A stretch of DNA of 64,000 nucleotides from Spizellomyces punctatus DAOM BR117 (lineage: Eukaryota). The notes under the pieces were generated by a model, which saw nothing but the letters and a program-made list of their open reading frames with translations, did no database searches and was not told the DNA's origin. Made by a program: the position numbers and the translations under genes. Position 1 is the first letter of the stretch, and the number at the start of each line of letters is the position of its first letter. This document shows, piece by piece, positions 37,840-50,620 of the stretch. The stretch lies in assembly GCA_000182565.2 (NCBI GenBank), contig KQ257458.1. The stretch is one strand, 5' to 3'.

Positions 37840-40800
37840 CTATTCATTTAAATCCAGTTTATCCCCCCAACTACTACTCCCCCCTTCTGTGGCTAAACTC
37901 TTCAACGACTCCGCCTTATCTCCCATGGTTTCTTCAGCTAGCTTACTAAATTCTGATTCCGGGTTAGCAAGGAGATTGGGAGGAGAATCAAATTCAGCGA
38001 CACGTCCGTGGTCAAGAACTAGGATTTTGTCATAATCCATGATGGTTGAAAGTCTAGTTTAAACCGAATGTTAGTACCATACATCATGCGTCCTATTCAT
38101 GCGGCATAGACATACCGATGGGCTATGGTAAGGATTGTACATTGACGTAGGTGGGTACGGAGCACTTGCTGAATCATAGCGTCCGTCTTTGGAGATATTA
38201 GGTGAAATAAACAAACATGCTGAGGATGATCAAATAGATTTCTAACCATACCTCGTAATCAACGTTCGCAGTTGCCTCATCAATAATCAAAATTTTCGGA
38301 GACATTAACATAGCTCTGCCCAGACAAAGCAATTGCCGTTGTCCGACTGACAGATTTTCCCCGTTTTCGGTAATTTGTCCATCTAGCTTTCTGGGCATGG
38401 AAGCAACAAAGGACTTTAATCGACATCTCTCGAGAATCTTCCAGAGATGTTGGTCTGGATGAAAGCCGGTAGGGTCGAGATTACTGCGTATTGTACCCTC
38501 TATAGAAAGATGAGCCGAAAAGATATTAGCTTGAAACACTTTCATATTCATCATCGGTGCATTACGTTACCAAAGAGAATTGGTGCTTGAGGAATACTGG
38601 TTGCGAAAACGTCGCCAGCCGTTAGTTTTGAACACATACTGGCAAACATTCTATGCACCTACATCGATAAGCTTCTTCTTAACTGCTTCAGAGTTACGGT
38701 GGAAATATCCACCCCATCTATCGTGATTTTTCCGGAAGAAGCCTCCGCTAGCCTGTACAGCCCAGCAATGATACTGCTCTTTCCCGCCCCAGTTCGACCC
38801 ACAATCCCCACCTTTTCCTTCATTCCAATGGACAAGGTAATGTTTCGTAGAACCGGAGGATTATCAGGGTTGTATCTTAGCGAATAATTTATGAACTCAA
38901 TCGCGCCCAAAGATGGCCATTTTGGACGAGGGATCTGCAGGCGTGGAAGGTTAGGTTTGGTTCTTGTAGGGACAACTTTGTTGGTTCGGGTGGGTTCGGG
39001 TTCTACTGAATTTCGCGGTACGTCAGCAACTGATTGGGGTTCCATTGGGATGGCAGTTGCATAGTAGTTAATGCGCTGAGTAGCAAGAGAATATGATTAC
39101 GACCTTCGACAGTGCACATCGTAGCTAGACGAACGAACAAACCTCGACACAGTTCATTCTGGATTCCGTGTTTGCGAAAACGTTCATTGCGCTATTCAAG
39201 GCACTTGTCAGCGAGAGCGTATAGCTAAGAGCGAGACCCAACAGAGAAGGTGAAATGCGAAAAGCCAGGCCAAGTGTAGCGACCTTGAGATGACACATTG
39301 GGTGCCGTTAGCTTAGGATGATTTCTTTAACAATCTTCATGTAAGCTTACCATGAAGCAGACGAATCCACACAAGATCTCCATTCGCAACGCTACCCATG
39401 CGTTTACATAGTATTTGATGAGAGAAGGTCTGTTTGCGTTGTCCAAGAAGGTATCAGCACGGGTAACGAAGCGAGATGTGGCAGAGTAGGCTCGCAAGGT
39501 CGGAAGACCTGTCCGTGACATTTACATCCATGAGAAGAGCTCCAAGGCCAGGCTGCACCACGCCATGCCCTTACCATTGAGGGACTCACTAAAGTGTCCG
39601 AACAGAGGTGACCGAGCCAGTGATTCGAGACGCTTCAGCTCTCGTGCGGCACTGGAAAACAAGTCAGTAAGCAATTTCAGAATGGATGCTAGTATTGGAT
39701 CGTTTCGCTACTTACTTTCGATAAAGGCCCTGTACAAAATAGTAGATCGGAAGCAGTGGTGCAAATACAACTGTGTAGGACAAAGGAGTTAACTTCCACA
39801 TGGCAATTTCGGCCCAATTTCATGACAGAGGACAACAAACTAACGTACCAAAAATCACTGGTACTGCATATCCAATCAACCCAATACTCGCTATAACACT
39901 CCCCCAGAGATTCATAAGGGATCTTATGGTCAATGCCAGCCATCTATCAATCTCTGCCACATCCCGGGAAAATCGAGACAATATTCGACCAGCAGGTGTG
40001 CCATCGAAGAAGGACATTGGTGCATACATCAGGCGCTTTAGCGCATTCGAATGAAGCACGTTTGAAGCGCGCAAACTGGCGGCGGTTGTCAGCAAGGCAA
40101 GCGTAGCTGCGAAAAAGGAAAAGAGAGGAGTCATGAGGTTAGTTGTGCCCAGCATAGGTGAGACCGAAGGCACATCCTACCAGCAGAGAGTGCTTGAACG
40201 AGACCCAAGCCAGCATAAACACCCACATACACTCCTTTTCCTGCATCGAATTTCTCGGTACTCCACCAAACAAGCCACAAATCCGTAACGACCTTATCCA
40301 TCTGAATGAAAAATACGACCGAAATTACACCTAACCACAGCAAAAATCCTCCCGCCGCCCGCATATAAATAATATACAATTGCAGTTTCACTGCTCCAGT
40401 CTCGCGTTCCTCTTCGATAAGAATGTTGCCGCCGACTGTTGTGGGTTGTTTTGGAGCCGCTGGACTCACAGGTCTGGCTCGAGTGACGGGTGACGGTGAA
40501 GCCTTTGCTTGAGGGACAGTGACGGCAATAGCAAGGTTTGAGACTTCCAGTTCTTCACCGCTAGCTTCGACGCTTTGATTCGCATGCTCGCGCACGAGTG
40601 CAGCAACACGTCCGTTTCTCTCCATGAGCTCGTGATATGTGCCCTTTTCCTTTATTTGGCAGTTCTCCATATATACAATGTAATCAACATTCGATAACAC
40701 GCCTAATTGGTGCGTTACCAGTATGCGTGTGCGATCAGCACAGTACTTTCTGATGCCGTCGCTAAAGAGTTGTTGGCCAACATGAGCGTCAACCGCGGCC

Positions 40801-43529
40801 AGGGGATCATCAAGTAATAGCAGCTTTGCGTTAGAATACATTGCCCTTGCAATATTAACTCGCGCAGCCTGTCCTCCACTCAATGCTACTCCTCGCTCAC
40901 CAACTTCGGTCATGTCCCCTCTCGGCAATTGTTCAAGATCTCGAACTAATGCTGCTGCCTTTATCACCGCGTTGTAACGGGATTTATCAAAGGGGCTTCC
41001 AAACAAGATGTTATCCCGCAGTGTAGCATTGAGAAGCCAAGCTTGTTGAGGGGAGTATGCAATCGGACGGGTAACGTGCATACCTCCGCGGATGTGCCGC
41101 ATCTCCCCTAACAGACCTAACAAAAGGGATGATTTCCCAGAACCGACCGGTCCAATGACGGCGCACAGGCTATTATGAGGTATTTCAAGAGTGATGGCGC
41201 TCAGGGAGTTGCTCGAAAGTGAAGATAGCCCGGAACCGGCTATGCTACCACTTGAACTTGCTGGACTGAAGGTTTGCGAGGTTATCGGAGAATAAAAGGC
41301 GGATACGGGACTAACTTCCAAAAATTTGGATCGGGAGCCTTCCGAACATCCCCCGCCGGTAGCCTGCAAGTTTGCAGACAAATGTCAATGCCAACAAGTT
41401 GGCGTTTGCACGGATATATCTCGAGCAACATGTACCTCGCTATCGTGATCGGACTCCCCACTCCACTTTTCCCATTCAAAATCAGCGTTGGATAATTTCA
41501 CCGCAAAAGGTCCGCCTCTCTCTTTATTATGTAGAAGTTTTCCCACATCATCCATTTCAGGGGCCGCTAAAAATCGGGAGAGTCGATCTAGTGCGACCCG
41601 CGCTTCAATGGCATATCTAACGACCAGATATGGCTGTTATTTTTCCAACACTTATTTCCGATGCCGGTAAGGACTATAATCCACGAACCCCGCAATTTCT
41701 GGAACACTCATCAAGGGAACTCTCAGAAGGTTCACCAGTGCCAAAGCTGGAAAAACAATATCCGCTGAAAGAGGTTGGTTGAGGGCCACCTGGTAGACGA
41801 TAAAAGTTGCGACGGCCACCAAGCTGGGCACCACCTATCGTGAAAGGGTATTAAGCAATGCTACCATAGAAACAATAATCACACCGATACATACATAGGA
41901 GAACCCATAAAATAAGGCACTGGTGACAGTCACCTTTGTTAAGGACTTCAATTCCAAGCTGCGGACACTCCCAATTCGCTTAAGAAAGCTCTCCTCCCAT
42001 GCGAACAATTTGATGATTTTGATTCCTATGCGTATTGTGTAAGGTAAGTGCGTATAGCTCTTACCAAGTGCAAACAAGATGAAACAATTACCATTCAACA
42101 TCTCACTAATCTGCTTTATCCTCAGATCCGTCTGCTTCAACGACGCTGATTCGTATTTCGCAATCAGCCGCATCATGAACGATTGAACAATGCTACATAG
42201 TATCATGAGACCTATTCCGGCAAGTCCCGCAAACCGGAGGTAGTAGATGATCAATGCAGATGTACAGAGTATCTAGTTGCAATAAGCGGTTAATTAAACA
42301 TGTAACCAGGATCCGCTCATTGAACGATCAGAACCCTACTTGCAACGGCACAACCCATGCATCGTGCAAGGTAAGGCCAAAAAACTCAAAAACTGTCGCA
42401 TCAGTTGAAAGAAGATTAACTATCCTTCCATTTGAATACTCCTGTGAGAAAGACAGATTTTTTAGCCCAGATTGTCTCAATCTTCGCCACTAATTCGACA
42501 AATACCTGACGGGCCACAGCCGATAAACGTAATGACTTGCGATATACTGCACCGATAAATAGCGATCTAAGGGCAATTGCTAAATAATCGCATATTTAAT
42601 ATTCTGGTTGGTACTGGCTTACCGAAATAACATAACTTACCCAATTCAGCATCTTTTTTTGAATAGTAACAGGTGCACACGGATTGCAGCATCTGAAGCG
42701 CCAATAGTGCGAGGCAGAGTAAGTAACCTTGGTATGTTGGTGCGCTTGCATCTTGTAATGTTGATATGATATTTTCAAGGATCAACTAAGGTATAGTATA
42801 GGCATGAGCAAAGAGAATTCTTGAAGCTAGCGCTAGCCTCACGCCTACCGGAGAAAGAACACTCGAGACCGCACCCACGACATGTGCAATTCCTGAAGCG
42901 ATCCTGAGCAAAAATGAGCGTAATTGGTGCTATCCTCATCATACATCGCAATGATGTGATCCAACCCACCAGTCTGATTTGAATAACGTCCAGGCACTGT
43001 AAATCAACTCTCTCCGGAACTTCTTCTTCAATTGAGCATCAATGAATCCCGTAGGTTGTACGAATTTGTCGTTTTTGTCTTCATTCCATGCATTCCGGCG
43101 TCGTGTAGAGTCATCAGCCAGAGATTCAGTAGAACCATTCACTGTACTGGTAGCGCTTGCAAGGTGAACCATAGATGGGCGCTCGATTGACGGTGTCGGT
43201 ATTGGTGGTGATGATTCTCTGCGAAGGTTTTTTGTTCGAGCTGCAAGTAATTTGCCCAAGACGCTGGCCGAGAAGCGAGGATGAGGATCAAATAAATCTT
43301 CATTTTGCAGGGGATGACGAGAGGCGAGGCGTACGAAGGGTGTTAGCCAGTGGAGAACAGCCCGACTTGGGAGCCATTTGTTAAGTTCAGGATTGATGGG
43401 ATGGACGACCTGAGATCCAATGGCTGCTGGTTGGACGACGATAGTCGATACGGGTTGCTCTGGATTGGACGGGATAATGCTCTCCCCAGGAATGAGTATT
43501 TCCACCGGATCCTCTACCCGATCTGACAT
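37840..43529 (-). CDS. Full-size ABCC/MRP (Yor1-like, no TMD0) transporter, multi-exon
   Basis: Lasso region ([20 protein letters not shown]), TMD1 (KIIKLFAWE), NBD1 ([29 protein letters not shown]), TMD2 ([17 protein letters not shown]), NBD2 ([39 protein letters not shown]). Confidence 0.93.
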
Positions 43530-44385
43530 ATTGAGCACTAAAGAGGTCGTAGTCCAACCGCACTTTGCGATGCGGGACTACAGTCGTATGAAAAGCATGT
43601 TTAAAAAAGTCGAAGCTGGACTGTGATGTTGATCTCGTAAGCTAGACGGTGGGGGTGGTTCCGATGTCCCGGCCGCCAAAAAGATCGTTTGGCCCTGCTG
43701 GCCGCTTATCCACGGGTGGTACCGAGCCACGGCCCAGGTTTACCGTCCCGCCTTCCAGGCTATCCAACGAAAGGGAGTTTCTGGTTTGTTTACATATCCA
43801 AGCAATAAACATAATCCTAGACAGAACCTCTTGCAGCAGGTTTGCAGCCTTACAAGGCATATGGTCCCTACGCTCTGCTTGTTCACACATTCTTTCAGTT
43901 TTAAGGTAACTGCGATTATCGGAAGTGTGGATTTGTATTCAGCGGTTATGACTAAACGTGATTGAAACTCCGCTACGCGTTCTAAGTGTTCTGCACGGAA
44001 AGTGCTGCACCAAGGGTTCCAATCTGAGGACACAAGGACAGGAAACTCGAAATACCATCGTAAGCGAGTGACATCATTTCATTGAGAGGAGCACACTATA
44101 TCACCCGTCCTTTTTTTGGAGTCTATCTGCATATTCATATTGGTGGTGACCGTCCCAACGTGTGAAGAATACCCCGAGTTTTAACAAAAATGTGCGTTCC
44201 GCCTTCTAGTACAGGAACCCATGCGCGAGGAATCCGCTCAGAATTAAAAGCTGTAGGTATGTAATGTACAGGCAACTCTCTGAGCTTGCATATTTCTTTT
44301 CCGCCCATTCGACCACGAAATCTGAGCAAAAGGTTCTCTCACTATTCAGTATTTCTTTCACACTAACCGCCCTTTCATGCAGTTT

Positions 44386-47300
44386 CTATTTTTTTGCACT
44401 CATTGCATTGGCCATTCGTCGCCCAGCTGTGGGTGTCTGGACATTCAGAGCCTAATAACATCAACCAAAATTAAGCCAGAGCCATGTCATATTCTTCTTG
44501 ATTGCTCCTTACCTTATTCGGCACAAATGCATAGCCATGTTCCTGCAAAAGACGGGCAATTTTATCCTCAGTCAGTGTAGACGAGTCAGTGTTCCTTCTA
44601 TCCTGCATTTGCGTGCTCTTTTCCCATTCCCGCAACTCAGTTTTCACGTCGTCTTCGGCTGGTGTCTTGGTAATAACATAATCATCCTCATTGTAATTGC
44701 GCATTGACCGCCGAACAGGCGTAAGCACAGCATCCACACCAAGCGCTGTAAATGAATGTGTGATTAGGGCAAGCTTTGAGTGTACAAGTCGACCATCAGG
44801 ATATCCACCTTCTCTATCTTTCTTCTTGGCCCTAACTGGAGTCAATAGTGTCACGGTGGAGCCCTCCATTACCTCAGGTCCAAACCTTACGCCAACACGC
44901 TTTTTTCCTTCCTTCTTTGCTCTAGGTGTCCCAACGGCACTTTTCACCTCATTCTCTTTATTTTCCGAGGTCACTACATCCTCCATGGCATCCTCGTGTG
45001 CCTGTCCATCATCGTTCAGCTGCATGGCACCGAGCATTCCGATAATTTCGCCATACACATCTGATTTTCTCGGATAGGGTGTGGATCCCACTCTTTGACG
45101 TCCAGACCTCAGCAGGGATCCAAGATTTCTTGGAGTTGGAGTCACATCATTGTTCAGTGCTCGAATACCGATTTTTTCCAAGGGTGTTTCAGGGAAGACT
45201 GGCGTATCAGCGAATGGACGCCGAATCCTGCCTTCAAGGTAGGCTGATCGTGGTGGGGACGGGGTAACGGTCATGTCGAGCTGTGAATTGCGACCTCCTT
45301 CACTAGTCCAGGATGGCAAGGGCGGGCTCTGACCTGGCTCAAGAATATGCATTGCAGGTGGTGGAGGACTGTATTCTGCCTCGCGGTTTTCGCCGTTTTG
45401 AAGTTCCTCATTATGACGTTCTGCACAACGCTGCCAGTATGCTTGCAATTCTGCTTTCGTCTGAACAATGACCCCATCTTAATCATCGGCTTATGAAAAA
45501 TGATCATCACTGCAACTAACCTCTTCATTATCAAACATCCCGCACCCAAAATATAAAATATTCAGCGAATTCTCAAAGAAGCCATGTTTCCACTCAAACC
45601 ACATCCAGTTCATCCAAAATTCTTTTCGTAAGTATGGCGGTTGCCGTATAAATCGAGGTCGCCCTTCACTGGCAAATTGTACCCTTCGTACCACCTTTGC
45701 ATCGGTATCGTGTTTGCGCGACCTAAATGCAGAAATGGCAACAAGCTGGAAAAGAGCTTGTCCAATGGATGGGCCGAAATTCTGCAACCTTCAGATTAAT
45801 GATGGCAAGTATTACCTCATTGAGAACGTTTTCACTACCTGATATGCGATAAAGGCATCCAGCCACGTAAAACAGTCAACAAGAGGTACGTCCACGTTCT
45901 TTTCCGCAACCACATATCCTTGGTCAACGTTGACGACTCGCAAAATAATAGGGCTTAAGAAGAAATGAAAGGGGGAGCTCCTAAAAACGTAGCACGTTAT
46001 CCAATGGGCGTGGGACCTTATGATTTTTTACAAGGTACTTACTTTATGTGTTCCTTGTAAAACTCGGCATCGGTTTTGATATCAAGAAGAGCCGATCGTA
46101 TTTTCCCCTCCCGGTCTACCGCCTTGGGGGTATCGAACTCCATGGGTTCGAAGTCTGGTATATCAGGATACAAGCTTGTATTCGGGTCTGTGTCTTCAGT
46201 AACATCTCCTTTTGTGTTGAAATAGGTACTATGGAGATGGGTGGCCTCAAACTCTGACAGAGCTGGGTATGATGGGCCTTTGGGTTCCGTAGAGCCGATC
46301 AATGTAGTAGATCGGCTGGTTGGTTCAACGAGACCCCTGGCTTCTTGATGGTCTCGGAGAAATTGTTCGACCAGTCTTTCCATCAGGGCGGGTGAAGTCT
46401 GTATACCTATAGATGAAACGGCAGCCTTCCTGGGAGGTGTTTGGTGGAGGCTATCCACAAGATCCTGTAAGAATTTGCTTGCTAGCCTCTAGGCTTTAGT
46501 TGACTCACCAGGCAAGGGTCGCTTCCCGGACCAAGGCTCCCAAGTTACGTTCCTCATTATGCTGGAGCGCAGCAGTATTGTCTTCTATCTCATTAGCTCC
46601 AGCCAAGTGCCGAGGCTGAGTTGATCCCTCAAGCTGGCCCTCAACACGTCCTTTGTTGAATCCAGTCTTTGTTAATGGAGGCTCACGAGCTGGTACGGAG
46701 CCGGATACGATTGGAGCCTGCGTATTTTTTGAAGCAGCACGCGTGACGATCTTTGACACTGATGCGCTTGATTTCTGCGGGCGAGTGGGAGCCGTTGAAT
46801 TCGTAGCACTTGGGATTGTTGATTTTCGTGGAGGTGCTGCTTTTGAGATGGTGGGCTTTCTGCTTACAGGAGGTGGAGGAACGGATTTTGATGGAGGTGC
46901 ATTTCGCCTGACGGTCGTGGATGGGCTGGTTGCCTTCAGATTTTGCAACGCCGGCTTCCCGTTTCCAACGGCACCAGTCGCTTTTGCCGTTCCCAGAGAG
47001 TTCGATGATGCCACCCTTGCGACTGATTTTGTTTTGGGCACTGCGGCCTTTGCTGACGGTGCTGCCGGTTTTCTTGGAATCGTGGATCCAAATGCGCTGA
47101 ACCGGGGCTTGGATGCTGCCCGTGTTCTCTCTTCAAGGGTGCCGGCTATTTTAACACAATGAAAGCAATCGTGCAAGAGGCAATGTTCGCACTGTACAGT
47201 ACCATTTGTAGAGGTATTAATGGGAGCGTGGAGAACATCCTTACTTGGAGCAACGACAAATGGTTTCGCGGTACCCTTTTTCGTGCTAGATAAGACAAGC

Positions 47301-47634
47301 GCAAACAAAAAAGGTGAGATGTCATTTGCTTAACCTACTGTCATCGCTCCAAACATGGACACGCCCCCCGAAGCGCTTGAAGTTACCCATGTATCTAAAC
47401 CAAGATATGCCCAGATACGTTGGCAGTCTCTGCACTGTCTGCAAAACTTCCGCGTGCAGCCCAGTTAAGCCGGCTCTTGCCAACCATGCAGTATTTCACT
47501 AGTCGCAACCTGGCTAGACCAATAGAACTATCCAGCAACTATTCAACGTACTTTTTCCGCTCTTCTTCTTTCTTCTGGCGATAGTCCTCCAACTTCTTCC
47601 GCAGAGCGCGCTGTTCTGGAGTTTCGTCCTCCAT
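44386..47634 (-). CDS. Putative microtubule-associated CKAP2/CKAP2L-like protein, multi-exon
   Basis: N-terminal LRKKLEDYRQKK helix, long basic Ser/Thr/Pro-rich region, helical core EFWMNWMWFEWKHGFFENSLNIL, KEN box, and a C-terminus LTPVRRSMR...LLQEHGYAFVPNK|AL. The CDS is well supported. The family call is by motif similarity only. Confidence 0.6.
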
Positions 47635-48317
47635 TTTTGTAAGGGCTACTTGGGTTCCACAGCAATATCAAATACTGCCTCGTGCGGGTGACTTTTACCT
47701 GTGATGGTCGAAAAAGAATGTGGAGGAAATGTGTGGGTTGCAAAGTACAAGCAATGGTATTGATGCCTGGAGTGTTTTGCGCGAGACTGATCGCGCGTCC
47801 GGACAACTGACAGTTTTCGGACAGCCCCATTGCACACATCAATCCCTTCCCTCCATTGACGCTGGTTGGGCTCTAGCGTCTTTGAATCTTTCAATTGCTG
47901 ATGTCCATGTCTGTGATTAGTTGAACGTTGAAATGGCTTGAGCACAAGGGTATTCCATTGTTTGGACATTCCCTGCAGGTTATTGCGGGCTGCTGTGCTT
48001 GTCGGTGATAGCAAATATGTCCTGCAAAGTCTGTCCAATATTTGACTTCTTAACTTGAAATGGCAATTGCACTTATGCTCAAGAGGTTTTCCATCTCGCA
48101 AAATACTTGACGCTGTCGGTAAGAATTACTGAAAGCTGCACGAGCAAACACGAGACAAGCCTTCACTCGTGCGTTTCAGGCAACACAAAGTGGTCGCGGG
48201 CACCACTGTCAAAAATCCTGAACACTTGCACTGCTTGTTTCGTGAGATTAAAACCGAATGTTTCGTCCATATTGCCTCGCCCATATTCCTCATGTAGCCC
48301 AGCAAATAGTTTGACGT

Positions 48318-49232
48318 ATGCCTTCAGCATTTCTTTCACGAATCTTTGGCAAAAAGTCCGAGCCCATACATCCCAGTCCTACTGATTCAAACATCCCAAC
48401 ACGCACCACTGTCAAATCCAGCACCACTATTGTCTTGCGGCGCTCAAACAGTTGGGCTGACACGCGAAAGGGCCCCGCACAAACGGCTTTGCGTAGGTCC
48501 CACAGCCTAACAGACGACGACACCCGCCGTCAGACATGGCGGTCCTCATTGTTCAAAGGGAAGCGACAAAAGAAAGGTTGGCGGTTGGATGGATTCCTGC
48601 CAACTTGGAAAAAAAAACAACCCGCCCTGGCCAATGAAGCGTTACAAGTCCCACAAATATACTTGTCGTATCATGCTGCCGTCGACAAAACTGGGCCGTA
48701 TGGTGCGCCAGTATGGTTAGAGGAGTTCGATACAGCTGATGCTTTGCCCAAGGATCCCGCTGACATTTTTGTGACAAGCGGTCATCTATCTCGTCGACGA
48801 ACGGTTCATTTCGGTCATGAGGAAGTCGCGACCAGGAACGAACGAATGTATGATCCCCTCCCACCGACCTACAGATATACTAGTTTCTCTGACAGTGCCC
48901 TGAACCGGGGTTCTCCTGTCGGCTCGGCGGATGGCAAAGGACTCATGTATCACTCAGACTTTCACATTTCCCACTTCCATATACCCCGCGAAGCGGTAGC
49001 GGCTTCCGTCGAAGGTTCTGAGATTGAACCCGACACAGTAAGCCTAGCAGACACGCTCATCTCAAACCAAGCTTGTGTGGGAAGGGATTGCGACCCCGTC
49101 TATCTATTTCAACGTCGCTCTTGGGCATTGGTTTCAAATCTCCATGGAGTGGGCGACGAAATCAGAGAACTGTATGCAGATGTGATGGGCTCGAGCATGG
49201 ACTTTGGTAAAATTGTGGAGAAATGGTGTTAG
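48318..49232 (+). CDS. Hypothetical basic protein (intronless, 304 aa)
   Basis: Long ATG-initiated ORF with protein-like composition, RRxS motifs and RRRTVHF. No recognisable domain. Confidence 0.6.
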   Translation: MPSAFLSRIFGKKSEPIHPSPTDSNIPTRTTVKSSTTIVLRRSNSWADTRKGPAQTALRRSHSLTDDDTRRQTWRSSLFKGKRQKKGWRLDGFLPTWKKKQPALANEALQVPQIYLSYHAAVDKTGPYGAPVWLEEFDTADALPKDPADIFVTSGHLSRRRTVHFGHEEVATRNERMYDPLPPTYRYTSFSDSALNRGSPVGSADGKGLMYHSDFHISHFHIPREAVAASVEGSEIEPDTVSLADTLISNQACVGRDCDPVYLFQRRSWALVSNLHGVGDEIRELYADVMGSSMDFGKIVEKWC

Positions 49233-49451
49233 CAATATGATAGCCATCGGATATCCTTGTTCAAATGTCAGTTGGTCTTTAGTTTAGTACATAAGTATAT
49301 TTCTGTTCCGGGTGTCATCGCTCATGACGTTGCCAAATATCTGCGGGCCACCGTATATCCATTCTTTTACGATATATCGAGAATTTATTTTGTTCGGGGT
49401 GACATAACAAATCTAGCAACCCGGCCCATTTTACCCACCCTTTTGATCCGA

Positions 49452-50620
49452 TTACCCACACGCACCTCTACTCTCTCTCGCCACTAAATGTCGCCGCAGC
49501 CCATCTGTCCTAGCAAACGGTTTTCCACAATACGAACAATGATGAGGCTTAGAAACTGCATGTCTGGAACGGAAATGACGCTGAAGATCATGCTTTCTGC
49601 GAAAGCACGCAGAACATTGCGCGCACACATGGGGACGTTCATCTAAGGCTGCATAAGCAAAAGCACATAGAATAATGCAGTGGATTATAGCGACACCTAC
49701 CAGAGTGGCATCTAATATGGCTTAAAAGATTCTGCTTTTTTGGAAATTCTTTGGGACAGCCAGGGAATGTGCAAGAATAAGCGAACTCTCCACCTTGCGG
49801 CTTTTTGGTCTTTGATTGCGGGGATCTGTAGGTAGACGTGTCAATCATCGGATTGTCCGTAGTTGAAGGCTGACCGATAACCATCTCGTTGATTGCCTCG
49901 ACAGTCGCGAGTTCCGGTAGAGTGGTAGGTTGGAAGCCGCATTCTGAAGGCGAAGGATGTGGTGTCGTACAGTTGGCTGCCGTTGTGACTGATGTATCAT
50001 ATGGATCGCTTGTGGCACTGAATACGGTGAGCGGCTGGGGAACGTAATCTGTCTGATAGACGTTGGATGACAATCCTGTGATGCTGTCGGGCCAGGTCCT
50101 AAGAGGCTCGTCACATGAGACCAGGTCGTTGGCGGGTAAGTAACATGTAGTTGCGGAGGAGGGTTGCAGGATCTCTTGGAGATTTGGCGTCGGCGGCATT
50201 GCGTTCTGCATCTCAAGAGAAAGACTCTGGTTGTTCTCGATCGTTTCTTCCAGTCCCTGTGTACAGAGGTTAGGGTCATGAGAAGCCCGTTCACAGGATA
50301 TCGAACGCATATCTTAAGCTTCACTGATTGTGTACCTGAATGGACAACGTCAACGGCCTTCTAACATGTAGCATCGGGGCTTCGGCAGCGGGAGGCACAT
50401 AGGAGGTATGACTCGGAATTTCTCGTGCATCGGAGGCATTCGTGCTGGACAGCAACGGGAATCCCCACTTTGTCCAGGCAGCTTGATAGTTGTCCTTGGT
50501 TCGCATGTCTAGACCATTGCGTCCTATTCCGCCGACAGGCCCATCTGTTTTGATCCAAAGGCATGGGTACTGAAAGTAATCCCTTGTCGAATACCACGGG
50601 CGGTCGTTTAGCGCCGCCAT
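49452..50620 (-). CDS. C2H2 zinc-finger transcription factor (3 fingers), 3 exons
   Basis: YSCTFPGCPKEFPKKQNLLSHIRCH, RPHVCAQCSACFRRKHDLQRHFRSRH, KPHHCSYCGKPFARTDGLRRHL. An in-phase intron links LTLSIQ|GLEETIE. Stop at 49452. Confidence 0.85.

Noticed and set aside
21622-43529. ACOX, ABCG and ABCC as a metabolic gene cluster
   Set aside because: They are interspersed with unrelated housekeeping and signalling genes and there is no biosynthetic core enzyme.
46653-47162. 169-aa hydrophobic plus-strand ORF
   Set aside because: Antisense to the Lys/Pro/Thr-rich exon of the CKAP2-like gene.
47145-47205. CEHCLLHDCFHC zinc-finger-like motif in ORF 46505-47308
   Set aside because: It lies between gtactg and aaaatag, so it is probably an in-frame intron.
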